Shown piece by piece: positions 1-14,599 of a DNA stretch of 64,000 nucleotides. The notes below the pieces were generated by a model. That model saw only the letters and a list, made by a program, of their open reading frames with translations, did no database searches and was not told the DNA's origin. The position numbers were made by a program, and so were the translations under genes. The stretch is taken from NCBI GenBank assembly GCA_963575745.1, contig CAUYUJ010000135.1:1-64000 (forward strand), given 5' to 3'. Position 1 is the stretch's first letter. The number at the start of each line of letters is the position of its first letter. Source of the DNA: Prorocentrum cordatum (lineage: Eukaryota).

Positions 1-128
1 ACTGCTGCGCGACGATTACAACTACCCTACTACTACTACTACAGGTAATAATACCACTACTAGCACTGCTACTACTACTGCTGCTACTACTACTACTACT
101 ACTACTACCACTACTACTACTACTACTG

Positions 129-159
<31 letters not shown>

Positions 160-350
160 GACTACTACTACTACTACTACTACTACTACAACTACTACTG
201 CTACTACTACTACTACTACTGCTACGACGACTACTACGACTACGACGACGACTGCTAGGATTACGGCTACGGCTGCTACCTTCAATACTACTGCTACTAC
301 TACTACTGCTACAGCTGCTACTGCTACCACTACTACTACTACTACTACCA

Positions 351-410
<60 letters not shown>

Positions 411-421
411 ATACTACTACA

Positions 422-458
<37 letters not shown>

Positions 459-459
459 G

Positions 460-508
<49 letters not shown>

Positions 509-558
509 GCTAGTACTGCGACTGCGACTACGACTACTAGTACTACTACGACTACTAG

Positions 559-615
<57 letters not shown>

Positions 616-758
616 CACTACTACTGCGACCACTACGTCTAATACTACTACGACTGCACATACGATCACTTCTACGACTACGACGACGGCTACTACTACT
701 ACCAATGCAACTACTACTGCTAGTCGCTGCGATTATCCCCACTATTACATGTACTACG

Positions 759-793
<35 letters not shown>

Positions 794-1043
794 ACCGACG
801 TCTCCTACTACTACGTTCACAAATTCGACTACGACTTCAACTACGGCTACACTTGCGACTGCGACTACGACTACCACTACTACGACTACTACGACTACTG
901 CGACTACTACCACTGCTACACCGACTACTTCTACTAACAATAAGACGAATACGACTGATACTACAAAGGTTACCACTAAAGTTACGACGGCTACTGCTAC
1001 TGGTGTTACTACCACGCCGAGCACTAATACTACTACCCACTAG

Positions 1044-1079
<36 letters not shown>

Positions 1080-1181
1080 CGCTACGATTACTACTACTAC
1101 TACTACTACTACGACGACGACTGTTATTACTACTACTGTTACTACAACGACGACTACTACTACCACTATATACGATTACTG

Positions 1182-1218
<37 letters not shown>

Positions 1219-1264
1219 GACTACTACTACTACTACTACTACTACGACTACTACTACTACTACG

Positions 1265-1298
<34 letters not shown>

Positions 1299-1490
1299 TT
1301 ACTACTACTACTGCTACTACTACTACTACTACTACTACGACTACTACTACTACAAACTACTACAACTACTACAACTACTACGACTACGACTACGACTACG
1401 ACTGCGACTACTACTACTACTACTACTACTACAACCACGATTACTACTACGACTACTACTACTACTACCCCTACCACTACTACTACTACA

Positions 1491-1526
<36 letters not shown>

Positions 1527-1802
1527 GCTACTACTACTACTACTGCTACTCCCACCACTATGACTACTACGACTACGACTACGACTACGACTACTACTAC
1601 TACTACTACTACTACGACTACTACTACAACCACTACTACCACTATATCTTAGACTACGACTACTGATACGACTACGGCTGCAACTACTACTACTACTACT
1701 ACTGCGACTACTACTACAACCACTACTACCACTATATCTTAGACTATGACTACTGATACGACTACGGCTGCAACTACTACTGCTACTACTACTACTACTA
1801 CG

Positions 1803-1837
<35 letters not shown>

Positions 1838-1838
1838 G

Positions 1839-1885
<47 letters not shown>

Positions 1886-2193
1886 GACTACTACTACTAC
1901 TACTACTACTGACTACTACTACTACGACTACCAGACACTGACTACGGCTGGCTGACTACTACTACAGACTACGACGACTACTACTACTACGACTACTACT
2001 ACAGCTAAGAATGCGGCGGTGACTACGAAGACGATCACGACTTGGACTACGACTGTTCGTACGGCTGCGACCCCTACGCCTACTACGGCGACTAATACTG
2101 CTACCACGAAGACTGCGACCAATATTTCTACCACGACCGCTTCTGCTACTACTACTACTTCGACTACTACTGCTGCAACTACGATTACTACCA

Positions 2194-2240
<47 letters not shown>

Positions 2241-2483
2241 GCTACTGCTACTACTACTACTACTACTACTACTCCTACTACTACTACTACTACGGCTACT
2301 ACTACTACTACTACTACGACTACTACTACTACTACTACTGCTACTACTACTGTTACTACTACCACTAGCACTAACACGAACACTAACACTAACACTAACA
2401 CTAACACTACCTCCGACTACTACGAAGACGAAGATGACTCACTTTTACTACTACTCCGACCGTGGCGACGACTACCACTACCA

Positions 2484-2520
<37 letters not shown>

Positions 2521-2622
2521 AACTACTACTACTACTACTACTACTACGACTACTACTATTACTACCACTACTACTGCCACTACTATGCCACTACTACTAC
2601 GACTACTACTACTACTACTACT

Positions 2623-2664
<42 letters not shown>

Positions 2665-2707
2665 TCTTCTACGATTACTCAGACAAGCACAAAGAAGCAG
2701 ACGCCTT

Positions 2708-2789
<82 letters not shown>

Positions 2790-2826
2790 GACTACAAAGG
2801 CTACTACGACTACTAATACTACTACA

Positions 2827-2861
<35 letters not shown>

Positions 2862-2862
2862 G

Positions 2863-2915
<53 letters not shown>

Positions 2916-3110
2916 GACTACGACTACAGCTACGACTACGACTACTACTACTACGACGACTACTACTACTACTACTACTACTACGACTACTACTACTACC
3001 ACTACTACTACGACTTCTAGTACTCTTGCTGCTGCCACTACTGTTACTACTACTACTACTACTACTACGACTTCGACTGCAACTACGACGGAAACTACTC
3101 CTGCTACTGC
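1..3110. repeat. Degenerate (TAC)n microsatellite tract
   Basis: Direct reading; includes a 90-bp-spaced internal duplication at 1621 and 1711. Confidence 0.97.
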
Positions 3111-3749
3111 TATTCATCCTCATCCTCATCCTCATCCTCAAACCCCCTTCTCCTCATCCTCATTGCCGTCTCGCACCTCATCCGCTCTCCTCCTCCTCGT
3201 ACTTCTCCTGCTACACATCCGCCTCCTCGTTTTACCAATCCAGGCAGCGTGCCAGGCATCAAAAAGCTGGCAAGAACAAGCTGCGAGCCGACGGTGAGCC
3301 AGCACGCCCAGAGAAGAGCGAAGGGGGATCTCCAGCGGCCGAGTGGGCGCGGGATGGGGGCGGACGGGCAGCAGCCAGGCGGAGGATGGAGGCACGGAAG
3401 GCCAGGCAGAGCAGAGGGGAGACCGGCAGAACGAGAAAAGGGCTGGCAGTAGGCAGAACCACCCACGGCCCGGCGGCCCGACAAGCATCGCACCGCGCCT
3501 CAGGCTTCTGGGTCGCCAAGGGGAAGCAGGAGAAGCGCCAGCAGCAAGCCTCAGCAGAGACCCTCGTCACGAGAGTTGGGCTCGGCGCTGCGAGCGCGCG
3601 CTACACATGCGCGCACGCGCTGGCGTGTTTCAAGCAGCGCAGAGAGAAAGAATCCCTGTCGCACGACGGGGGGACGGGAAGGCGGGGAGGGAAAGAAGGC
3701 GAGCAGAGCAAAGCCAGGGTTGTGACTACAGCCTGGAACACTTCGCACC

Positions 3750-3903
3750 ACCACACACACAAAAACACACACACACGCAAACGCGCACGCACACACACAC
3801 AGACAGACACACACACACACACATACGCACGCACGCACACACACGCACGCACGCTCATACACACACGCAAACACACACAGACACACACACACACACACAC
3901 ACA

Positions 3904-3979
<76 letters not shown>

Positions 3980-4339
3980 CACACACACACACACACACGC
4001 GCGCGCGCGCAGGACCAGGTGGGACACGACTCTTCCTCCTCAACCTCCCCCTCGGCTTGCTCTTCCGCCTCCTCCATCTCCTCCTCATCCTCCTCCTCGT
4101 CCACCGCATCGTCGTTACCATCGTCGTCGTCATCGTGATCATCCTCCTCCTGCTCCTCCTCCCCCTCCTCATCCTACTCCTCGCCCACCGCATCGCCGTC
4201 GTCATCGTCATCGTTCTTTTCCTCCTCCTCCTCCTCCTCCTTCTCCTACTCCTCCTCCTCCTCAGCATCATCATCATCAGCAGAAGCATCAGCATCAGCA
4301 TCAGCATCATCATCATCGTCGTCATCATCATCATCATCG

Positions 4340-4378
<39 letters not shown>

Positions 4379-4407
4379 GCATCATCATCATCATCACCAC
4401 CATCACC

Positions 4408-4464
<57 letters not shown>

Positions 4465-4569
4465 GTCATCGTCATCATCATCATCATCATCATGATCATC
4501 ATCATCATCATCGTCGTCGTCGTCGTCGTCATCATCGTCATCATCATCATCATCATCATCACCACCACC

Positions 4570-4603
<34 letters not shown>

Positions 4604-4822
4604 TCATCATCACCATCACCATCACCATCACCATCACCATCATCATCATCATCATCGTCATCATCATCATCATCATAATTATCATCATCATCATCATCAT
4701 TGTCATCATGAGCATCATCATCACCGCCAGAGTCATCATAATCATCATCTTATCATCAGCGTCATCCTCATCAATATCATCATCACCAGCCATATCAGCA
4801 TCACCATCAAAGTCAGCACCAG

Positions 4823-4869
<47 letters not shown>

Positions 4870-5645
4870 CAATCAGCATCACCACTCACAGCATCATCAA
4901 CATCGACATCACCATCACCATCAAAACCACCAACATTGCATCTTTATAATCAGCAGCATCACCATCAGCATTATAATCATAAGCACCACCACGATCATCT
5001 ACATCATCAGCATCTTCATAACCGTCATCAGCATCATCATCCTCATCCTCATCCTCGTCATCATCACGGTCATCATCATTATCAACAGCATCATCAGCAT
5101 CACCATCCGAGTCGTCACCGTCACCGTAAAAAGCAACAACACCATCAGCATCCTCAACAGTATTACCGTCGTCGTCATCATAACCATCATCAGCACCATC
5201 ATCACAGTGATGGTGATCGCCACCATCATCATCCTCACCGACAGCCGCATCGTTACTATAATTATGATCGTCAGCCGCATCAGCATCATCATCAGCAGCA
5301 TCATTATCATCTATTACAGCATCAAAATCAACATCATCGTCGTCATCATAATCATCAGCATCTTCATCATTCTCAGTATCATTGTCCTCGTCATCATCAT
5401 CGTCGCCGTCATCCAACTATACTCTACATCAGCAACATCATCAGCAACCTCATCATCTTCACAATCATTATGATCATAACCATCATCATCACCATCGCAG
5501 TGGTTACCTACATGAACATCATCATCATCATCCACATCAGCAGCAGCAGCAATATCAGCATCAGCATCAACATCAATATCAACATCAACGTCATCATCAT
5601 CCTCACCATCGTCAGCATCAGCAGAATCACCATCATCATCACCAA
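3750..5645. repeat. Compound (CA)n, (CCT)n and (CAT)n microsatellite block
   Basis: Direct reading. Confidence 0.95.
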
Positions 5646-5669
5646 AAACATCTCGGCACACACCTAATA

Positions 5670-6230
5670 CGTCCCGTTTCCCCATGGTAAACTCCTCCGA
5701 AGGCCCACTGGCGATGATCGCAAGTGGGCGTCACGCCCGTTTCAGCACACCGGGCACACGCTTCGTGGCCCCATTGGGAGCCCCACCTGAGGCCGCAGCG
5801 GCGACGTCCACAGTTGGGCGTCGCGGCCTTTTCGGCACACCTATCATATACACTTCGATGCCCCAGTGGCCAAGTTCGCATGTGGGCGTCACGTCCACTT
5901 CGGCACACCCATCAAACGCTTCGTGGCCTCAAAGAAAGCTCCACCCAAGGCCGCAGTGGCGACGCTTGCATGTGGGCGTCTCGCCCGTTTCGACAAACCG
6001 TTGCCACGTTTCGTGCCCCCATGGGGAGCTCCACGCAAGGCTCCAGCGAGGGGGGGGGAGGGGGGGCGTGTCGCGTACGTCCCCAAGCCCATTCTGGCAC
6101 ATCCCTCACACGTTTCGTGCCCCCATCGGGAAATGCACCGATGGCCCTAGTGGCAGGACCCGCATGCGCCACCGGGCCCATGTCGCTCCACCTCTCACGC
6201 GTTCGGTGGCCCCACGTGGAGTTCCACTGC
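5670..6230 (-). repeat. Degenerate minisatellite (CGTTTCGTGGCCCC..GGGAGCTCCAC), reverse complement of the 18780-19480 array
   Basis: Shared core motif repeated several times. Confidence 0.7.
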
Positions 6231-6272
6231 AGGCCACATACAAGGGCAGTAGTGAAAATTGTATATATGTAT

Positions 6273-6303
<31 letters not shown>

Positions 6304-6660
6304 GTTTGGGTCTTGCGCAAGGATGCCATTTTGTTATCCTGCTCATCATCATCCGACTTCTTCCCTCCACATCATCTTTCTCTTCCTCCTTGTCGCTCCC
6401 AAATATTCCACCCCCCCACCACACATCCGCCCGCCGACAACAAAATCGTATGCGCACGCGGGAACGCGCACAGATGCAGCAGAGCTGGAGATCGGGGGGA
6501 CATAAAGTTCGAGTAGGGAGGGGAAAAGGTAGGTTAGAGGAAACTACCTCTCAACGGCCCCTGGCAGAAGTAAATGTGACCACCCAGCTGGGGTCGTTGC
6601 CTAGCCCTTCCTTGGTCTCAAAACCCCCTCAACGTACCCTCGAGAAGACGGCAGCGATTC

Positions 6661-6723
6661 CTCCATCGTCCAGCCAGTCAAGGGCTTCGTGGGACCAAGC
6701 GTTTTCATGTACAGCGCGTACGC
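6661..6723 (-). CDS. Gene B exon: AYALYMKTLGPTKPLTGWTME (gene probably continues beyond the left edge)
   Basis: CAG|GC acceptor (phase 0), GAG|GA donor; resembles the kinesin-light-chain-type TPR linker (xxxLGxxHPxT). Confidence 0.75.
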
Positions 6724-7039
6724 CTGCACGCGCGGGGGGCTCAAGATACCCGCCCAGCTCCAGTAGCTCTGCCTAATGAGCCTCCTCTTCCTCCCCACCC
6801 ACCTCCATCCCTTCTCCTCCTCCGCATACGCCTCCCCCTCCTCCTCCTCCTCCTCCTCCTCCTCCTCCTCCTCCTCCTCACTCACTCCCCCATCCGCCTC
6901 CACCTCCTCCTCCGACTCCACCTCCTATTTCTCCTCCTCAAATCCTTTTCATTGTAGATGCCTCCTCCCTGTCGCACCCAGAGGATGGTCAAAAGGGCGG
7001 GCCCGGCGTTTAGCCTGAGACTTCATCACCACGTATGAG

Positions 7040-7380
7040 ACTGATGCTAAACAATTGGGCGCAATTTCACACATGGAGGCCGGGTGGTTTTCAACATTTG
7101 GCTCTCGCCATGGCGCCACGCACATTCGCTTTAAACATTTGCGAAAGCATCACGGATGGAGGCCGGGTGGTTTTCAAAATGTGCCTCTCGCCTGAGCGCT
7201 ACGCACACTCGTCTTAAAAATTTGCCGGAGTTTCACGGATTGAGGCCGAGTGGTTTTCAAAATGTGGCTCTCGCCTGAGCGCTGCGCACATTCGTTTTAA
7301 AACATTGGAAGAGCGTCCTGGATTGAAGGCGGTTGGTTCTCAAAATGTGGCTCTCGCCTAGCGCCGCGCACATTCGATTC
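7040..7380. repeat. About four copies of an 85-95 bp unit (GGAGGCCGGGTGGTTTTCAAAATGTGGCTCTCGCC); degenerate copy near 23900-24060
   Basis: Direct reading of the repeated motif. Confidence 0.8.
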
Positions 7381-7727
7381 AAAGAAGTACAAGAGTCTCT
7401 CTGCTTCTCATGTGTAACATACCAGAAGTTGTAATTTGGAACGGCTCAGGATTGCCAAGGCGCAGCAGTTACATTGAATCGCGGTGTTGAAGTCCCCAGA
7501 ATGGTGTTCTGACATGGCTCAGCACCGCCAATACGTAACAGTCAGGTAGAACTCGTGGCGTTGAAGTCCTGAGAATGGTGCTTGGGCGCCCTTCAAGATG
7601 ATCACACGGTGATCCCCCAACGGGGAAACTCCCTCAATGGAAATGACCCATTGTAGGAGCCTCTGAAGAGGGAGATTGGAGGGAGGGTGTATTTCAACAT
7701 CGTTGATGGGTCTTTGGTGCACACTGG

Positions 7728-8328
7728 TCCTCCTCCTCCTCCTCCTCCTCCTCCTCCTTCTCCTCCTCCTCCTCCTCCTCCTCCTCCTCCTCCTCCTCCT
7801 CCTCCTCCTCCTCCTCCTCCCCCGCATCATTATCATCAGCACCAGCATCATCATCAGCAGCATCATCATCATCAGCATCATCATCACAAGCGTCAGCATC
7901 AGCTTCAGCGTCATCATCATCAACATCACCATCATCATCATCATCGATGTCATCATGGTCCATAGCATACCTTGTTATCCGTTTCCGCCTTCTCCACATC
8001 ATCCCAATAATCAGCATCAGCATCATCATCATCATCATCATCAGTATCATCATCAGCATCGTCACCATCGTCGTCGACATCGTCGCCGCGGTCATCATCA
8101 CCAGCATCTTCAAATCAGCGTCAGCATCATCAGCATCATCAGCAGCATCATCATCAGCATCATAAGTATCGTCATCACCAGCAGCATCATCAGCATCATA
8201 CTCATCACCATCAGCATCATGATCAGCATCATCAGCATCATCAGCATCAGCGCTGCGATCATCATCACCATCGTCATCGTCATCGTCATCATCATCATCA
8301 TCAGCATCATCATCATCATCATCAGCAG

Positions 8329-8366
<38 letters not shown>

Positions 8367-8807
8367 GCAGCATCATGATCATCATCGTCATCGCCATCGC
8401 CGTCGCGATCGTGATCGCCATCGCAAAGATCATCATGAACACCATCATCACTATCATCACAATCGTCATCACAATAGGGCCAGTATACTGACAATGGCAC
8501 CAAGATGATTAAGGTAAATTCTTAGAAAAGGTACTACTATGCATCATCACCACCCGAACAACCATCCTCATCATTCTCATCGTCAGCATCGTTGCCACCG
8601 TCGTCACCGTCATCATCAACATCATTATCATCATTACCACGATCATGATCCGAAAAACCACCACCATCTTCACCAGTGGCATCATCACAACCAGACTCAT
8701 AAACATCATCATAACCGTCATCATGAGCAGCATCAGCATCATGATCAGCATCATCAGCATCACCATCATCGTCACCACCGCCTTCATCAGCATCACCATC
8801 GTCACCG

Positions 8808-8902
<95 letters not shown>

Positions 8903-9110
8903 GTCATCATCCTCGTCGTCGTCGTGTGCGGCGGCGGCGGCAGCAGCAGCCTCATCGTCTTCCTCTCCTGCCCCACTCCTGACCCCTCCCTGTCCTCCTC
9001 CTCCTCCTCCTCCTCCTCCTCCTCCTCCTCCTCCTCCTCCTCCTCCTCCTCCCCCCTCTCCCCCTCTCCTCGTGTTCCCCCCTCTCCTCGTGATCCCCCC
9101 CCCCTCCTCC
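7728..9110. repeat. (CCT)n and (CAT)n microsatellite block
   Basis: Direct reading. Confidence 0.95.
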
Positions 9111-10665
9111 TCATCGATGGCGCTCAACCTCTCCATCGGCCTGCGGCGAAGAGTCGGCAGCGGCTCCGCGGCCTCTTGAGGACGAGGAGGAGCCCGAGCT
9201 CGCGGAGGAGAAGGATGAGCAACAGAGCCAACCAGCACCAGATTGACCGGTGCAGCGCCAGAGAAACACATGTGGAAACTACCAAAGACACCCTGAGCGT
9301 GGAAGAAAAGCTGACCTGGTATGCGTGGCACCAGGAAGAGGGGCGCAGGAGCGGGAGGGAGGACAAGAGAAAGGAAGAGCGGCAAGCCGGCGGAGGGGTA
9401 CACGTCGTTCATTTCTGATCGTGCTCATTTCTAATTGAGCTCGTGTCTAATTGTTACTGGCCCCCTAGTGGCAAGGAAGAGGCCCAGGATAGAACAATTA
9501 GAAATGAAAGGATCTTGGCCCCCTAAAACGATAAAGAACTTTTGAAGACTTAGAAGCGAACAATGTGTAGGCAGAATAGGCGGTGGAGGCGAAGGAGCAC
9601 CAGTAGCAGGAGCAAGATCAACAGCAGGAACTACCAGGAGCAGAAGCAGGAACCAGAGGAGCAGGGACGAGAGGAAGAGAAACCAGAGGATGAGGAACCA
9701 GAGGGGAGGGAGGAGGAGGAGGAGGAGGAGGAGGAGGAGGAGGAGAAGGAGGAGGAGGAGGAGGGGGGGAGGAGGAGGAGGAGGAGGCGGAGGAGGAGGA
9801 GGAGGAGAGGAGGAGGAGGGAGGAGAAAAAACAAGAGCAGGAGGAACCAGAGGGGAAGGAGGAGGAGGAGGAGGAGGAGGAGGAGGAAGACGAGGAGGAG
9901 GAGGAGGAGGAGGAGGAGCCAGAGGAGGAGGCTGAGGAGACCCTGGGTGCCAGTTGCTGCCTGAGGCTCCGCGCATGCTTTTTGTTCCTTGGACCGTGAC
10001 GTTGAAAATGCGCTGCGCGCGGCTCTGCGCTGCCGCTGCATGTTTGCACTCGCAAGCACAAAGAGTTCCGGCTCGCGCTCACGAGACACGACGGGTCCGG
10101 CGAACAACGCCTGCGTTCAACTGAAAAATCCCCCGCCTGGCCCCTGGAGGCGCCGCTGTACCCGTCATCCCCCCTTGATCAAGGGTCGCGGCCAGGAAAA
10201 GAAAACGCCGTGGCCCAGAAAGCACTGTCTGGAGAACCTGCGGCCAAATCACCGGCAACCAGAAGACTAGTCCCGGCAACGGAAAAGCCGAAGCCTGGAA
10301 TCGCTCAGCCCAGCGCGAAATGAAGACGCCAAGGGTCCTGCTCCTCCTCTGAATATTCATCCACCCTCCCTCCTCCTCTTCCCCTCCTCCTCCTCCTCCT
10401 CCTCCTCCTCCTCCTCCTCCTCCTCCTCCTCATCCTCATCCTCATCCTCATCCTCATCCTCCTCATGTTCCTGCTCCTGTTCCTCATTCTGCTCCCCCTC
10501 CTCCTCCTCCTTCTCCTCCTCCTCCTCCTCCTCCTCCTCCTCCTCCCCCCTCCTCCCTCCTCCTCCCTCCTCCTCCCTTCTCCTCCTCGTCCTCCTCCTC
10601 CTCCTCCTTCTCCTCCTCCTCCTCCTCCTCCCCCTCCTCCTCCTCCTCCTCCTCCTCCTCCTCCT

Positions 10666-12055
10666 CATCGTTCCGCACCCCACCCCATCCCCCACCTCCT
10701 CCGAGAGCCGAAGGACCCTGGGCCCTCGCTGCATCACCCGCCCACCCAGTGGACGTCTGGCAATTTCAGACGGCCCTGGCCTACATTGTGGACCCATGCC
10801 AAGAAACTTCCTGCTTGCCTCCAGGGTGCCCTGGGTTTCTTGGGTTTCGATGTTCTTGCCAGGGAGAGCATGAAGTTCCCACACCCAAACTCCATGGACG
10901 TCCTGGGGTCTCAGGGCTGGGTTTCGTGTGGAAGGCTTCTTCTGGACTGGCCTTCACTGTATGCACGTTGCCGCGACGTGGTCCGTGCGGCTGGCCCCGA
11001 CAGGGCCCCGAGGGGGAACGGTTTGGCCAAGAACGCCGACCGCACCCCTGGTGGACGGCTGGGATTCGTGGGCCACCGTGGTTCTTGCGCGAGGCCGCGC
11101 CGTGATCCGCGCTGCTGGTGCGGACGCGGCCCTGCGAGGGGAGCGGGCCGGCCAAGACCGGCGGCCGCTCCTCAGCCTCCGACCCAATCAGCATGGGGGA
11201 AACGGGCCCTGAGGGAAACGCGTCCTGGGCCCTGGGGCCCTCTCCCAGGACAAGATCTTCAGCCTGAGCCGTTCTCTGGCAGTCCTGGTGCCCAGGGAGG
11301 GCCCCGAGAGCCCGAACACGGCAAAACAACGTCAGGACCCGTTGCCCTCAGGACGCGTTTCCCCCTATGTTGACCGACGCCCTTCGTTGGCGGCGCGCAG
11401 AGGGGTAAGTTCCTTGGATGTTTTCTATGTTTTGCAATGGGAAGCGTGGCGCTTCCACACCCAAACTCAATGGACGTCCTGGGGTCTCAGGGTTGGGTTT
11501 CTTGCGGAAGGTTTCTTGTGGTCGGATCCCTACTGTAGAAGTGCCCCTGCTTCTCAGAAGGCGCGGGAATCATCTACAGATGTGAGACCGGCGCCTTCTG
11601 AGAAGCAGCCTCCTCCTAAGAAGCCTTCCCCCCTCCCCCTACCCCCTCGTGCGCGCCGCCAGCCCTTGCGCGTTGCTGGAAGTGCCCCTGGCCCCAGGTG
11701 CCCCAGCTTTTCGCTCCATCTTGGAGCCCCCGGGGCCCTCTGGGCCTCGTGGGGGGCACTTCTACAGTAGGGGCCCGACCACAAGAAACCGTCCACAAGA
11801 AACCCAGCCCTGAGACCCCAGGACGTCCATGGAGTTTGGGTGTGGAAGCGTCACGCTTCCCATGGCAAAGGCATAAAAATCCAAGGAGCCCAGGGCACCC
11901 TGTAGGCAAGCAGGGTGTTTCTTGGCATGAGTCCACATTGTAGGCTAGGGCCGCCTCGGAGTGCCAGACGTCCGCCGGGTGGGCGGGCCATGCAGCGAGG
12001 TCCCAGGGTCCTTCGGCTTTCGGAGGTGGGGAATGGGGTGGGGTGCGGAACGATG
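10666..12055. mobile_element. Foldback element: about 285-bp inverted arms (10666-10950 / 11772-12055), with a further inner arm near 11410-11548
   Basis: The arms are diverged reverse complements. Related segments occur near 43580-43710 and 48530-48855. No ORF. Confidence 0.75.
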
Positions 12056-13078
12056 ATGAGGAGGAGTAAGAGGAGGAGGAAGAGGAGGAGGAGGAGGAGG
12101 AGGAGGAGGAGGAGGAGGACGAGGAGGAGGAGGAGGAGGAGGAGGAGGAGGACGACGAGGACGAGGAGGAGGCGGCGGCGGCGGAGGAGGAGGAGGAGGA
12201 GGAGGAGGAGGAGGAGGAGGAGGAGGAGGAGGAGAGGAGGAGGAGGAGGGAGGAGCAGGAGGAGAAGGAGGAGAATGAGGAGAAGAGGAGAAGGAGGAGA
12301 AGGGGAGAGGGAGGAGGGAGGAGGAGGAGGGAGGAGGGAGGAGGGAGGAGGAAGAGGAGGAGGAGGCGGAGGAAGAGGAGGAGGAGGAGGAGGAGAGGAG
12401 GAGCAGGAGGAGGAGGAGGGTGTTCTTTGGCACGGGCCACCACTGCAGCAGCACCCGAAACTCAGCCTCCGACGCCCCCCCCCTCGCCAAGCCCCGGCAG
12501 GCGGCGATCGGCGCGGCGTTCCGCGCCCTCTGGCCGACGAAGCGGCGAGCCGTGCTGGGGGAGGCCGCAGCCCCCGGCCCCCCCCCGCGGACCTGAAGTG
12601 CGCCTCCTCCTGCTCCTCATCCTGCTTCTCCTGCTCCTCCTCCTCCTCCTCCTCTCCTCCTCCTCCTCCTCCTCTCTCCTCGTCCTCCTCCTCCTCCTCC
12701 TCCTCCTCCTCCTCCTCCTCCTCCTCCTCCTCCTCCTCCTCCTCCTCCTCCTCCTCCTTCGTCCTCCTCCTCCTCCTCCTCCTCGCCTCCCTCCCTCTCC
12801 TCCTCCTCCTCCTCCTCCTCCTACTCGCTCTCCCTCACCCTCCTCCTCCTCCTCCTCCGCCGCCTCCTCCTCCTCCACCTCCTCCTCCTCCTCCCTCCTC
12901 CTCCTTCGCCTCTCCTCCTCCTCCTCCTCCTCCTCCTCCTCCTCCTCCTCCTCTCACTCCTCCTCCTCTCCTCTCGCCGACGAAGGGGCAAGCAGTGTTC
13001 GGGGAGGCCCCCCGCGGCCCTGAAGTGATGGGCCGATGTTCCACCACCACTGCCATAGACAGGAGGAGGGAGGAGTAG

Positions 13079-13109
<31 letters not shown>

Positions 13110-13512
13110 AGGAGGAGGAGGAGGAGGAGGAGGAGGAAGAGGAGGAGGAGGAGGAGGAGGAGGAGGACCTCCTCACCCTCCCTTCTGCCCAGTCCTACAT
13201 CTGGCAGCAGTGGTGGAAGATCTGCCCACCACGGACGGGGGCAGAGGCGCGGCGCGGCGGACGATGGCGCGGCGGGCCCGCTGCCATCGCTCGGTCGCCC
13301 AGTCCCCGTGCACTTGTTCGGCGTCGTGTTTCGCAAGATGGCCCAGGATGCTCCTCGATGGCCCTCGCAAAGAAGAAACGCGAGCGTCCGACCAATGCCA
13401 AGGGCTCGCTGCCAGCGTCGGCCGTCGCCGGCGCGGGCGCGAGGACTGGAGGGCGCGAGGCCCAGCCTCGTCGTCGTCGCCGTGGATCGCCGCCGTCGTA
13501 GGTCGTGAGTTG

Positions 13513-13573
<61 letters not shown>

Positions 13574-14599
13574 GGCCGTCATCGGCCGTCGGTCGTCGGT
13601 CGGCCGTCGTCGCCGCGGTCGCCGCAGGGGCCGTCGGCGCCCTCCAGACGCGAGGCGGCGGGGCGGGAGCTGCTGCGCCGTGCCGAGAAGGCGGTCCTTC
13701 GAGGCTCCCCGGGCCGCAAAATTCGGACCCGCCTGTCCCCCTGCATCCACCCTCCTCCTCCTCCTCCTCCTCCTCCTCCTCCTCCTTGACCCTGCAACTC
13801 TGGGCGCGCCCTGGTAGGCGGGGGCCCAAGCTCCTGTCCAGCATCGGCGTCCAGGCGGGCAGCGCCGCCCACTCCCGGGCGGGAAAGCCCTCTCGACGGA
13901 CGGGACGAAACATCACGGCCAGCACGCGTGGCGCCCACGGGAGGGGCAGAGGTCGGCCAACGCCGCCTGAACGTTGTCAACGCAGTGCCGACCGCACACC
14001 ACATCCACCCCCGAGGGCGAACAGGTGATCGGCAGAGCTCTGGAAGAAAGGCCGCGGCCTTCCCAGAAGGGACCCGCCAGAGCAGTTCGAGCAGCATGCC
14101 ATAAGGATGATGCTGCTGCGCCCTGCCGAGTGTCTTTTGCCTCAGAGGGAAAGCGAAGCGGCCAACAGTGGATCCTGGGGTGGCGTATCCGATGTCAACG
14201 GAAACGCGGCATCAGCACACATTCAATTTCCAAAGGTCCGCAAAGGGTGTCTGGAGTCGGCGGCGAAGGCACCAGAGGGGACCCAGCGCCGACAGAAGAC
14301 ATCCGCGCGGACCTCCGCAAAATGATGCTCACGCCTCGGCGGCGCAGGCGACCCCGAAGCCCACCAGCTGTGCTGCACCCGACCCGCTGCGCCGGGCACG
14401 TCTGCACCGCCCCGCTGTCCGCGCACGACCAGTGCCAACGCTGAGCGGCAAGAGGGAAAACGACAGAGAGGCGGGGCGGGCTCGCGAACAGCGGAGGCCG
14501 AGGTGGAGGCCAGAACGAAACAATGGTTTTGAAACATGTGTATGTGTATACATGATGAATGAAAACGCATTTCAACGTCTATCCGCTACCCTGCCCTAC

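Noticed and set aside
3240..3720. Plus-strand exon-like pair (HQKAGKNKLRAD / GFWVAKGKQEKRQQQ)
   Set aside because: No recognisable product, antisense to gene B, no supporting exon chain.
22..5690. Long poly-T/V/L/Y/I/H/S ORFs here and throughout the window (mucin-like or His-rich appearance)
   Set aside because: These are translations of trinucleotide microsatellites that are open in several frames; most lie inside inferred introns.
6735..6750. GGCTCAAG matches to the dinoflagellate spliced leader (also near 16340, 20672 and 36777)
   Set aside because: Only 8 nt match; the CCGTAGCCATTTT part is absent.
7440..7700. HHSGDFNTAIQCNCCALAIL, a TPR-like peptide on the minus strand, plus a 25-bp direct repeat
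   Set aside because: Flanked by stops, no AG|G acceptor, and the 17128 and 6723 exons join cleanly without it.
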